From an uncultured Candidatus Saccharibacteria bacterium (GTDB lineage: Bacteria; Patescibacteriota; Dojkabacteria; SC72; WJKH01), in assembly GCA_964602665.1 (NCBI GenBank), contig CAZRRH010000002.1, positions 1-60,170 on the forward strand: DNA of 60,170 nt, read 5' to 3'. Below, in pieces: positions 35,272 through 44,876 of this stretch; the first letter of the stretch is position 1; the number at the start of each line of letters is the position of its first letter. The notes below the pieces were generated by a model, which saw nothing but the letters and a program-made list of their open reading frames with translations, was not told where the DNA came from and did not search any database. The translations under genes and the position numbers were made by a program.

Positions 35272-38046
35272 ATGGATGATCAAATATTACAACAACAAGT
35301 TGAATCTGAAATAGGTAGAAAAACCATTTCAAAAATAAAGATTCCTGAATATATCACTAGTAATATTAAGCATGATCTCTGGCAGTGGCAGATCGAGGCC
35401 TTACAATACTTCATAGCATATGATGATCCTGAGTATGACTTTGAAAGAAGTTTCAGCGCCCCTGTACATCTAATGTTTAACATGGCAACCGGAACAGGTA
35501 AAACAGTACTCATGGCTTCACTGATTCTTTATTACTACAAAAAAGGTTATCGCCACTTCATCTTCTTTGTAAATCAAAATAATATTGTAGATAAAACTGA
35601 AAACAACTTTATCAATAAAAACCATAATAAATACTTATTCAAACAAAACATCGTAATTGACGATAAAACAGTAAATATCAAGAAAGTCGAAAGTTTTGAT
35701 GATAGTGATGATATTCAGATCAAATTTACTTCCATTCACAAGTTACATAATGCAGTTTATCTGGCAAAAGAAAACGCTGTAACGCTTGAAGATCTGCAGA
35801 AAAGGAATCTTGTGATGATTGGTGATGAAGCTCACCACTTTAACGCCTCAACGATGAAAAACGGACAAATGAATTTAGATATGCCGACTGAGCTTAAAGA
35901 TAATTCAAGTGCCAGTGATGTTGAAAGAAGCTGGGAAAATACTGTTTTGAATAAAATACTTAAAAAAGAAGGTTATTCAGGACAAAGTGAGAACAGAAAT
36001 GTTTTGCTTGAATTTACTGCGACTATTCCAAACAATCAGGAAGTAAAAGAGAAATACCGCACAAAAACAATATATAAATACGAATTAATAGACTTTCTTA
36101 ATGCAGGATACACAAAAGAGATAAATTTAATTTCCACTTCTTTAAATAAAAAAGAAAAAATCCTGTTAGCACTACTCTTTAATTGGTATAGACACAAGAT
36201 AGCTTTATTAAATAACATTCCCAATTTCAAACCAGTTATTTTATTTAGAAGCAAATACATTGAAGAATCAAAAAATGACTATCGTGAATTTTTAACAACA
36301 GTAAAAGAATTACAAAAAACTGATTTTGAATTTTTATCAAGCATTGAAAAGAAACTGCAATCAGAACAAAGGTCAGTTCTAAAAGTATATGAGCAAGGTG
36401 CAAGCAGGATAAAACAAATGATTGGATTTATTAATGAGCAGAATATTGACTTTAACGACATTATCAGTTTTATAAAAGCTGATTTTGATGAAAGAAATTG
36501 CATTATTACAAATTCAAAGGATAATAAGACTACAACAAAGGAAAAAACGACAGAAGAACAGGAACAGCTTTTAAACAGCCTTGAGGATAAGAATAATCAT
36601 ATTAGAGCAATATTTACAGTTAAGCGTCTTACAGAGGGCTGGGATGTGCTAAATCTATACGATATCGTAAGGCTTTACGAAGGTCGTGACGAGGGTCAAG
36701 ACAAAAGCGGAAAAAGAAAGGCAGGAGAAACAACAACGCAGGAAATTCAGCTTATCGGGAGAGGTGTAAGATATTATCCTTTTGAATACAAAGAAACAGA
36801 AGCAAGTAAAAGGAAGTTTGATGAGGACTTAGAAAATCCGTTAAGAATATTAGAAGAATTTTATTTTCATAGCGAAAATGATATTAGATATCTGGATGAA
36901 TTAAAACGTGAATTAAAGAATAAAGGATTTATTCAGGATAATAGGATTGTTAAAAAGTATAAATTAAAGGAGGATTTTGAAAACACGGACTTTTTCAAAG
37001 AAGTAAAAGTTTGGAAAAATGAAAGAATTGATAATCCTGAAAAAAGAAAGCTCAATTTATCTGAAATAAAAACAGATCCACAATTTAACCCGTTTACTTA
37101 TGAAATTAAAGGATTTTCTCTAAAAGAACAGAAAGTTGACCTTAATGAAAAGTTTGATAATGTATTGGCAGAGTCAAAACCAGCATACAAAAGATCGATA
37201 CAGATATCTTTCAAAGAGATAGATAAACACATAATTAGAAAAGCAATAAATATCAAGGCAAAAGCAGATAATTCAATTCTGAAATATGAAAATTTAACCA
37301 ATGAATTAAACATCTCCTCGATTGATGATATATTCAATGATAAATATCTTGGAGATATGAAATTCAATATCATTACAGAAAGCGAAACCGTAAATTTATC
37401 AGATATAAGTGCAGATGATTTGTTAAATTGCTTACTGATTTTCTTTGAGCAATTCACAAGCAAACTAAAGGAGATTAATAATCCATATAAAGGTGATACA
37501 AAGTTTAAACACTTCTCGTTTAAAGAATTATTTGGAGAACAAAAAGAAAAGAGCGTTTTAATCGATGAGGAAAGCAAACTACTTGAAGATGAAATGCTGA
37601 AATGCAAGTGGTACGTATTAAATGGTTTCAACGGTACGAGTGAAGAAAGAGAACTACTTGATTTCTTAAAAAAGAGAATTGTTAATCTACAGGAAAGATA
37701 TGATCAGGTATACCTACTTAGAAATGAAGAAGTATATAAAATATACGATTTTGAGAAAGGTAGAGGATTTGAACCTGATTTTCTTCTATTCCTAAAAGGG
37801 AAAAATAAAACACTTTATTATCAAATTTTCATTGAACCAAAAGGAGATGAATTCAAGGATAAATCAGGATTATTCACTGAAAGTAAGGAAGGATGGAAAG
37901 AAGAATTTATGAAACAAATATCTCATAAATATGGTAATGGAGAGATTTTGAAAGCCGAGAACAGAAAATATGTTTTATATGGTTTACCTCTTTTTAATAG
38001 TAAAGATAAACTAAGTTTTGAAAATGAATTTAATAAATTTATTTGA
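35272..38046 (+). CDS. res: Type III restriction endonuclease (Res)
   Basis: SF2 motifs MATGTGKT, DEAHH, FTAT, LTEGWDV, QLIGRGVR; nuclease FEPDF...IEPKG. Confidence 0.93.
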   Translation: MDDQILQQQVESEIGRKTISKIKIPEYITSNIKHDLWQWQIEALQYFIAYDDPEYDFERSFSAPVHLMFNMATGTGKTVLMASLILYYYKKGYRHFIFFVNQNNIVDKTENNFINKNHNKYLFKQNIVIDDKTVNIKKVESFDDSDDIQIKFTSIHKLHNAVYLAKENAVTLEDLQKRNLVMIGDEAHHFNASTMKNGQMNLDMPTELKDNSSASDVERSWENTVLNKILKKEGYSGQSENRNVLLEFTATIPNNQEVKEKYRTKTIYKYELIDFLNAGYTKEINLISTSLNKKEKILLALLFNWYRHKIALLNNIPNFKPVILFRSKYIEESKNDYREFLTTVKELQKTDFEFLSSIEKKLQSEQRSVLKVYEQGASRIKQMIGFINEQNIDFNDIISFIKADFDERNCIITNSKDNKTTTKEKTTEEQEQLLNSLEDKNNHIRAIFTVKRLTEGWDVLNLYDIVRLYEGRDEGQDKSGKRKAGETTTQEIQLIGRGVRYYPFEYKETEASKRKFDEDLENPLRILEEFYFHSENDIRYLDELKRELKNKGFIQDNRIVKKYKLKEDFENTDFFKEVKVWKNERIDNPEKRKLNLSEIKTDPQFNPFTYEIKGFSLKEQKVDLNEKFDNVLAESKPAYKRSIQISFKEIDKHIIRKAINIKAKADNSILKYENLTNELNISSIDDIFNDKYLGDMKFNIITESETVNLSDISADDLLNCLLIFFEQFTSKLKEINNPYKGDTKFKHFSFKELFGEQKEKSVLIDEESKLLEDEMLKCKWYVLNGFNGTSEERELLDFLKKRIVNLQERYDQVYLLRNEEVYKIYDFEKGRGFEPDFLLFLKGKNKTLYYQIFIEPKGDEFKDKSGLFTESKEGWKEEFMKQISHKYGNGEILKAENRKYVLYGLPLFNSKDKLSFENEFNKFI

Positions 38047-38079
38047 ATGCACAAATAGTATAATTTTAATTTTATTTAT

Positions 38080-38304
38080 ATGATAGATATTGGAAAAAGC
38101 AAAATTTCTCTCACATGCCCTTTATGTAAGTTTATTAACCATGTTACTTTAGAGGATGTTTCAAAAGGGAAGTCAATTATATGTAATGGATGTTTAAAAA
38201 CAATTAAACTTGTAGACAATGAAGGTTCGACTAAAAAAGCCATAAAAACGATCAAACAAGCTACCAATGATTTATCCAATAATTTGAAAAGATTATCTAA
38301 ATGA
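38080..38304 (+). CDS. Small zinc-ribbon protein
   Basis: CPLC-x16-CNGC followed by an amphipathic helix; own TATAAT at 38059. Confidence 0.7.
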   Translation: MIDIGKSKISLTCPLCKFINHVTLEDVSKGKSIICNGCLKTIKLVDNEGSTKKAIKTIKQATNDLSNNLKRLSK

Positions 38305-39170
38305 TGGAAATAAGATATATTCGAAAAAACTTACAAAGTAAAAAAGAAGAACTTCTATCCGCAAAATATCAATTAGCGGAGAAACGATTAAGTGACTTTA
38401 TCGAATACTGCAAGGGAAATCAAATTATTAGCAAAATAATATCTGAACTCCCAAATATCGAAATAGATTTTGAAAAATGGGAAGCAGAACTATGGGGAGC
38501 TTCTGACTATGGTATCCCTGATGATTATTCTGAAGCAGCAAGTTACTGTTGGGAAATAATTACTAAATATAGGGGTAGATCTGTTAATATTGCACAGAAT
38601 TTTCATGTGTCCTCAAATAAGATTACAGACCATGTACAAGAGTATTTTGAATCATTTGTTCCATTTATTTATGATTACATAGACAATAAATTAATTGAAC
38701 TTGAGGAAATCATTAGCCCTCTGGATATGGTGTCCGAGGTTCATGCCCTTGTAAATACAGGACTTTCGGAAAATTATCCTGAAATTCAAAAACGATTAAA
38801 TGATGTTTATAAAAGACTATATATATCAGAATCAAATGATGAATATGTGGGTATAGCTAATTCTTGCAGATTAATAATTATTGATTTTGCAACATTAATA
38901 TATAAATCTGAATACTTACCATCAAATGCAGAAGTCCCGAAAAATGATGATGCAAAAGTAAAATTGAAATATACCTACAGAAACTCAAATTCTGGTATTT
39001 CTAAATCAATATTAGAAGGACGTGAAAAATTTATTGATTCTATTTGGCAGATAGTTTCTTCATCCGTTCACAGGAAGAATATTCATAAAGAAGAAATAAA
39101 GGAGGTAGTCTTGTTAACATATCTTCTATTATCTTCTTTTATAAAAACAATGAATAAAAAATTAATTTGA
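38301..39170 (+). CDS. Hypothetical protein with an abortive-infection-associated-like C-terminal domain
   Basis: EYVGIANSCRLIIIDFATLIY...PKNDDAKVKL resembles helical domains recalled from Abi-linked defence proteins; ATGA overlap with upstream gene. Confidence 0.45.
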   Translation: MMEIRYIRKNLQSKKEELLSAKYQLAEKRLSDFIEYCKGNQIISKIISELPNIEIDFEKWEAELWGASDYGIPDDYSEAASYCWEIITKYRGRSVNIAQNFHVSSNKITDHVQEYFESFVPFIYDYIDNKLIELEEIISPLDMVSEVHALVNTGLSENYPEIQKRLNDVYKRLYISESNDEYVGIANSCRLIIIDFATLIYKSEYLPSNAEVPKNDDAKVKLKYTYRNSNSGISKSILEGREKFIDSIWQIVSSSVHRKNIHKEEIKEVVLLTYLLLSSFIKTMNKKLI

Positions 39171-39694
39171 TAACTTACAAAGCCATGCAACCATATAAAC
39201 CACATAAATTACCCATAAAAGAACTAAATTGGGTTGAATTTATACCATATTTAGGCAATGCTAGAGATAAACTCGCAAAATTTGATGGATTATTACAAGG
39301 AATCCCAAACCCAAGAGTTCTTTTATCTCCTTTAACAACAAAGGAAGCTGTACTCTCATCAAAAATCGAAGGAACTCAAGCAACACTTGAGGAAGTACTA
39401 AAATATGAAGCTAATCCATCTGCGACTCAAGGAAAAACTGAGGACATAAAAGAAGTACTCAATTATAGACAAGCTCTCATGTATGCAATTGATCGCCTTG
39501 ATAAACTCCCGCTAAGTGAAAGACTTATCAAAGAGGTACATAAAATTCTGCTTAAAGATGTTAGATCAAATACTGGAATGCTAGGAGAATTTAGAGATGG
39601 ACAGGTTTTTATTGGTAAGGATGGAACTATGTCAAGTACAGATTACCCAATGATTCAGAAATTAATTAGTAATGACCAGTTTCATGTTTTATGA
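39167..39694 (+). pseudogene. Fic family protein, N-terminal part only
   Basis: YKPHKLP, LAKFDGLL..IPNP, KEAVLSSKIEGTQATL, LIKEVHKILL, GEFR; ends before any HPFxDGNGR motif. Confidence 0.8.
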
Positions 39695-39910
39695 GAATTT
39701 GCAAAAACTTGTAAAACAAAAACACTGTTACAATGGGAGTTTTATCATTTTTTACAAGTTTATGATGATAATTTTTACATAAGGAATGAGAGCTAATGTT
39801 TATATTTTTAAAAATAACTGAAAGCTAGTGATATGCAATAGACTGACCGCTACAAAGCTAGAGGGCGGTTAAATACATATTCACTGACTACTAAATTAAA
39901 AACTTAAAAT

Positions 39911-41113
39911 ATGATAAAACCAAAATTTACATTTGAAAAAATTAAGTTCTCAATAGATCCCTCTACGCTTAAAAAAGCAATTGACCTATACGAAACAGGT
40001 AAAATAAAGGATTTTAAAGAAACAGCTTATTGCTACACTGCAAAGGTTCAAGGAACAAGTTTATATAAAGTAACAGTAGATATAGATCATTATGATTATG
40101 GAGATTGTGACTGTTATATAGGAAAACAGGGTGACTTATGTAAACATATGATAGCAGTTGCAATATATGCACTGTTTAGAGGAGACAAAATCCCAGAAGA
40201 TAGCATAGAAGTTTTACTACATCCTGTTTGCAGTAATAAAATAGGAGAATTAAATGAAAGTGAACTAGTAGAGGTTAAAGAGAAAATTTCACAGGCAGTA
40301 AAATTAATAAGAGCTTACTCAGGACCATCAAGCACATGGTTTCACTATCAGAATAAGCTATCAGAAGCTGTGAATCGACTAACGGAGGTAGTCTCGAAAA
40401 TGCCTGTAAGCTATCAAACTACTGATATTTTAATAAGACTTCTTGTAAGACTCGATAAAAAGCTTGTAAGTGGTGGAGTTGATGATTCGGATGGAACTGT
40501 TGGAGGTTTTATTACCGATGTCGTTGAAGTCTTAAAAGAGTTTGCAAAACTAGATGAGAAATGTTTAAAGGCATTTAATAAACTTAAAGGAGTCAGTACC
40601 TGTTTTGGTTGGGAAAATTCTTTGTTGCAGTTAATAATGCCAAGCCATCTTTTCTATATAACTAAGATACGTGATGAGCTGAAAATGTACGGCTATCAAG
40701 TTGGAGATATTGAGTACACATCTAACAATTATGATGAAAAAGGTAAACTTATTACAAAAAAGATCCCCACAGTTACATCAAAATATGGAGAAATGGGTAT
40801 AATAGAAGGTAAATTTTATCTTGTAATAATTTTTAAGAAGGAGCTATTATCAGAAAAATTTCTTAAAGACATAGCCAAAATAAGAAAATATAAACTGTAT
40901 GGATTTAATGATTTCTTAAAGGATATTGATATTAAAACAGTATTTTCAGAAGATTTTAAGGAAAAATACATTCAAATACAGTATGGTGATATAATTGAAA
41001 CAGACTATTATGAAATCATTAGGATTCACGATAAGTTGAAAAATATGTTTTTAGAAAATAAGATTTATCCAATTAATCAACTGAATATAAATTTAAGATC
41101 CGAAATTGTCTAA
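39911..41113 (+). CDS. SWIM zinc-finger protein with an unrelated C-terminal extension
   Basis: CDC-x8-CKH (CDCYIGKQGDLCKHMIAV), GGVDDSDG. Confidence 0.75.
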   Translation: MIKPKFTFEKIKFSIDPSTLKKAIDLYETGKIKDFKETAYCYTAKVQGTSLYKVTVDIDHYDYGDCDCYIGKQGDLCKHMIAVAIYALFRGDKIPEDSIEVLLHPVCSNKIGELNESELVEVKEKISQAVKLIRAYSGPSSTWFHYQNKLSEAVNRLTEVVSKMPVSYQTTDILIRLLVRLDKKLVSGGVDDSDGTVGGFITDVVEVLKEFAKLDEKCLKAFNKLKGVSTCFGWENSLLQLIMPSHLFYITKIRDELKMYGYQVGDIEYTSNNYDEKGKLITKKIPTVTSKYGEMGIIEGKFYLVIIFKKELLSEKFLKDIAKIRKYKLYGFNDFLKDIDIKTVFSEDFKEKYIQIQYGDIIETDYYEIIRIHDKLKNMFLENKIYPINQLNINLRSEIV

Positions 41114-41185
41114 AAACCTTCCTATATAAATTGAAATTATCTACAATCTCTATAAAGCTGAAATTCGTAAGTACGTCTTTCAACC

Positions 41186-41237
41186 CCGATAGTAGTGGCA
41201 GGAGTGTGCGTGGGGTCGTAAGCATGGTTAGGCTATT
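41186..41237 (+). repeat. Right direct repeat (candidate attR)
   Basis: CCGATAGTAGTGGCAGGAGTGTGCGTGGGGTCGTAAGCATGGTTAGGCTATT, 48/52 identical to 30479-30530. Confidence 0.85.
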
Positions 41238-41283
41238 TTAAAGACTTGGTATAATTCAGATCATTTATTATAATAAAATAATT

Positions 41284-43242
41284 ATGTCTACAGAGCAGAT
41301 ATACGGTATACCAGAACAGCCACCAATGCCATCGGTTTTACTAGGCAAAGAGTATCAGCCAGACAGACCTATAAGCGAAACATTTTACCAAGCATTAGAG
41401 GAACAGAATCCTTTCATGACATCAACTCAACTAGAAAGTTATCTAAGCAATAGGGGTAAAAGTACCTCTCTCTCTCCAGAGAAAGAAGAGCGAATAAGGT
41501 TAACTCGTATTGGAGAGATTTTTTCCTTGTCAAAAATTATTTACCAAAGTGTTCTACTAGAAGACTATTCGATTGACGACGCAAATGTATATCCAGAGAT
41601 AACTGAGCTTCGCAGAGTCTTAAATGATATGAAGAAGCAAGTAAATGAAGAATCAGATCCAGAAATAAAAGAACAACTCAAAAGGCAACTTTACTTTGCT
41701 GAGCTACAATTTTTACTAGAATGCTCAAAATATGCATCAGGCATAGTTGATACAAATGATAGAAAAAAAATCAAAGAGATCAAGAGAGGAACCCATTCAA
41801 CTAAATTAACACAAAAAATATACCGCATTGCTACTCCAATTGCCCTTGCAACGACATTAGCTATCTCATCAGGCTGTTCTGCAACAGGTCAATCAGTGAT
41901 TCCCCAAACAACGCAATCAATCGAGGGAAAATTTATCATAAATGGGATTGACTATACAGATAAATTTGGAAGTATGCATAATCCAGAAGAGTTTTGTAAA
42001 GCAGATTTTGATTCACAAAGAGAATATAAAAGACACTTTCCCGAAAACCTCCCAGCCATTCTTGAAAGACTTATAAAAACTAGAGATGTCGCGACAGATC
42101 CTGCTTTAAAAGACCAAATTGAAAACGCAATTATTTCAATCGTGGTCGACTCAGAAATTCCTCTTACACAAGATCAAATTAATGTAAGTGGAATATATTT
42201 TCAAGTTGGTCCATTTGGAAATTTAGAACCATACTTGGATATTTCAGATACAAATATGACCTTGGTAAATTTAGGATATTCTGTAGAGTATTATCTTAAT
42301 GGACAAAGAGTTAAATTAAATCAAGATTCTTCAACTAAATCTCAATTGCCTATTCAAGCCAATTCAAACTTGACATTAAGGATAATGGATTCAATGGGGA
42401 ACATAGTTTTACAGATAGGATACTCCCCTTTAACAAAAATTGGAAATTCGATCCAATATGAACCTAGTGGAACAATGTATGATTCTGTTTTACCTCTTGA
42501 TCAGTACGGAATTACAGAAGATGATCTTGTACCAATAAGAGAAGTAGTTAATAAATTTAATTCTTTAGGTCTAAGTGGAATTAATAGAGTTCAAATTGTG
42601 CCTTTGAGAGATAACAGGGTTGGAGCTCTTTACGATCATCCGCACAAATTAATTACTATTAATACTAATTCGCTTACACAGGATGATGATAAAACAATTT
42701 TAATACAGATTTATCATGAATCTGCTCATGATCTTTTTGCTACAATCACAGGTAATTATCAATATCCTAGTTCTTTAGAGTTAGAAAACGATTACTATAA
42801 TAAAAGATTGCAGGCGCTAGGATTGCAACCTCACGGACAAATTGAGACGCAAACAACTTTCGAAAGCCCTTATCTGACAAGGTATAATGATTTGTTCGAT
42901 CGATTTAATTCTTTAGGAGAAAAAATTTATGCATTTTTTGGCGGTGGCGGTGGCCATCCCGAGAATCCAACTGAATTATTCGCTTCTGCAGTAGTTTATT
43001 TATACGGAGCAAATAGTGAAGAATTAAATCGCCAATTCCAAAAACTCAATGAAGAAGAGAAAAGAATGGTTATAGAAATTTTTAGAACAACATTACTTGC
43101 TTTTCATCCTGATGTGTCTTACGCAAGAATTTCCTCACAAGTATCAGGCCTTCAATCATATGAATTGTCTGATTTCTTTAATCCAGACATCCTGAGATTT
43201 GTCGATGAGCAAGATGCTATAATAAACGGCAACAAAGAATAG
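41284..43242 (+). CDS. Large protein with an internal lipobox-like segment and a C-terminal zincin metallopeptidase motif
   Basis: LAISSGC (Cys198), HESAH (478-482), PTELFA (Glu564). Confidence 0.6.
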   Translation: MSTEQIYGIPEQPPMPSVLLGKEYQPDRPISETFYQALEEQNPFMTSTQLESYLSNRGKSTSLSPEKEERIRLTRIGEIFSLSKIIYQSVLLEDYSIDDANVYPEITELRRVLNDMKKQVNEESDPEIKEQLKRQLYFAELQFLLECSKYASGIVDTNDRKKIKEIKRGTHSTKLTQKIYRIATPIALATTLAISSGCSATGQSVIPQTTQSIEGKFIINGIDYTDKFGSMHNPEEFCKADFDSQREYKRHFPENLPAILERLIKTRDVATDPALKDQIENAIISIVVDSEIPLTQDQINVSGIYFQVGPFGNLEPYLDISDTNMTLVNLGYSVEYYLNGQRVKLNQDSSTKSQLPIQANSNLTLRIMDSMGNIVLQIGYSPLTKIGNSIQYEPSGTMYDSVLPLDQYGITEDDLVPIREVVNKFNSLGLSGINRVQIVPLRDNRVGALYDHPHKLITINTNSLTQDDDKTILIQIYHESAHDLFATITGNYQYPSSLELENDYYNKRLQALGLQPHGQIETQTTFESPYLTRYNDLFDRFNSLGEKIYAFFGGGGGHPENPTELFASAVVYLYGANSEELNRQFQKLNEEEKRMVIEIFRTTLLAFHPDVSYARISSQVSGLQSYELSDFFNPDILRFVDEQDAIINGNKE

Positions 43243-43291
43243 ATAAAAGAATAAAACCAAGCCAAGCTTAATTTAGAAAATTAGTTTTCGC

Positions 43292-43642
43292 ATGCTTTAT
43301 ATGAAAAACTTAACTCTGGTTAATAAAAAGCTTTTACTTTTAGCTATCTGGATTATAATGCTAATACATTTTTTAAAAGACATGACACAAGATATACTTG
43401 GAATACCTTCTGTACTTGATTTATTTGGGAATATACAAGAAAACACTTCAACATTCCCTATTTGGCTTGAATATTTATATCATTGGGCGATGGTAAATAC
43501 TTTTATTGGAGAACTTATTCTTATTTTCCTTATTCCAAAATACATTTTTAAAACAATAAATCGTTTGGAAAAATTATTAATAATCGGTTTTATTTTTTAT
43601 ATTCCATTAATATTCCTTCTTGCCTTCCTCCAAACCTTCTAA
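43292..43642 (+). CDS. Small multi-pass membrane protein
   Basis: Three hydrophobic segments; HFLKDMTQDILGIP. Confidence 0.6.
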   Translation: MLYMKNLTLVNKKLLLLAIWIIMLIHFLKDMTQDILGIPSVLDLFGNIQENTSTFPIWLEYLYHWAMVNTFIGELILIFLIPKYIFKTINRLEKLLIIGFIFYIPLIFLLAFLQTF

Positions 43643-43682
43643 ACCTTCATAACCCACTCAACATATGCTATAATCGAACAAA

Positions 43683-44222
43683 ATGGAAAAAATACTCATC
43701 ATAAGCTACATAGCGATAAGTATAATTGGTGTACTACTACACTTCACACATCAGATATTCAAAAAAGGGGCATTCCTGCATTACATATCGGCCATAAATG
43801 AAAGCACATGGGAGCATACAAAACTTGCCTTCTACCCCGTCCTAATGGCGCTACTGGTGCACAGCTACATACCCGTACTACAGCATCAATATTTCTGGAG
43901 CATGAGTGCAATAGTCCTAATATTCTCAATCATACTAATCCCAGCATTATACATCCCAATACGAAAAATATTAAAAAAAGAAATCACATTTGTTAGCATA
44001 TCATTATATTTCATAACAATCCTGATATGTATGATCATCGAATATTATTTGATCAAATTCGGATGGCCCAAAATCAACAATATTTGGGGTTTGATAGGCA
44101 TATTTATAATGTTGCTTTTGTATCTTATATTTACATTTAAAACTCCTCGTCGCAATCTTTTTTTGGATCCTATTCATAAAAAATATGGCGAATTTAAACA
44201 AAAATTTGATAAAAAAAACTAA
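43683..44222 (+). CDS. DUF6512-like membrane protein
   Basis: GVLLHF...INESTWEHTKLAF motif, five TM helices. Confidence 0.65.
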   Translation: MEKILIISYIAISIIGVLLHFTHQIFKKGAFLHYISAINESTWEHTKLAFYPVLMALLVHSYIPVLQHQYFWSMSAIVLIFSIILIPALYIPIRKILKKEITFVSISLYFITILICMIIEYYLIKFGWPKINNIWGLIGIFIMLLLYLIFTFKTPRRNLFLDPIHKKYGEFKQKFDKKN

Positions 44223-44240
44223 ATTCATAATTAAAATCAG

Positions 44241-44816
44241 ATGAAAACAAAACAGCTCGCAAATTTCTTCTTTGAGGCGGGTACAATGAGAAAACTTGCA
44301 AGATCACATAGACAAGTCCTGCTAACTGATGATCTTTCTGACAATATAGCATCGCATTCGTACAGAGTAACGCTAATCGCCTATTTCCTTGCGCAAATGG
44401 AGCATGCAGACACAGAGAAAGTGCTTACCATGGCGATATTTCACGACATGGCGGAGACTCGTTCTGGCGATCAGAACTGGGTCAATAAAAAGTATGTCAA
44501 GGTTTTTGATGATGAGATTACGCAGGATCAACTTGGAGGTTTAACCAAAGGTGATAAACTTCTTAAGATCATGCAAGAGTATGAGAAAAGAGAGTCGCTT
44601 GAGTCCAAGGTTGCTAAGGATGCAGATTTGCTTGATCAGATTCTGCTTCTTAAGGAGTATGTCAATAATGGCAATAAGGAGGCGGGTGTATGGCTTGACG
44701 ATAAGGTTGCCCAGAAACGCTTGCATACTGATTCTGCCAAGAAGCTGTCCGAAGAAATTTATTCTGCCGATGTCCATGATTGGTGGTGGTTTCTGTGGAC
44801 GGATAAGAGGAGATAA
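44241..44816 (+). CDS. HD-domain phosphohydrolase (YfbR/HDDC2-like)
   Basis: NIASHSYRV, IFHDMAETRSGD, VAKDADLLD. Confidence 0.88.
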   Translation: MKTKQLANFFFEAGTMRKLARSHRQVLLTDDLSDNIASHSYRVTLIAYFLAQMEHADTEKVLTMAIFHDMAETRSGDQNWVNKKYVKVFDDEITQDQLGGLTKGDKLLKIMQEYEKRESLESKVAKDADLLDQILLLKEYVNNGNKEAGVWLDDKVAQKRLHTDSAKKLSEEIYSADVHDWWWFLWTDKRR

Positions 44817-44876
44817 ATGTGGGTATAAAGAAAAATAAGAGTTTATATTTTATTAACTAATTTTAAATGAAAATTT

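Larger units (their letters stand above)
30479..41237. mobile_element. tRNA-Pro-anchored integrative element with serine recombinase and Type III RM cargo
   Basis: Terminal 52-bp direct repeats, recombinase at the tRNA-proximal end, regulator plus defence cargo. Confidence 0.75.

Noticed and set aside
30479-41237. Prophage
   Set aside because: No terminase, portal, capsid, tail or lysis genes; only the O-like wHTH is phage-like
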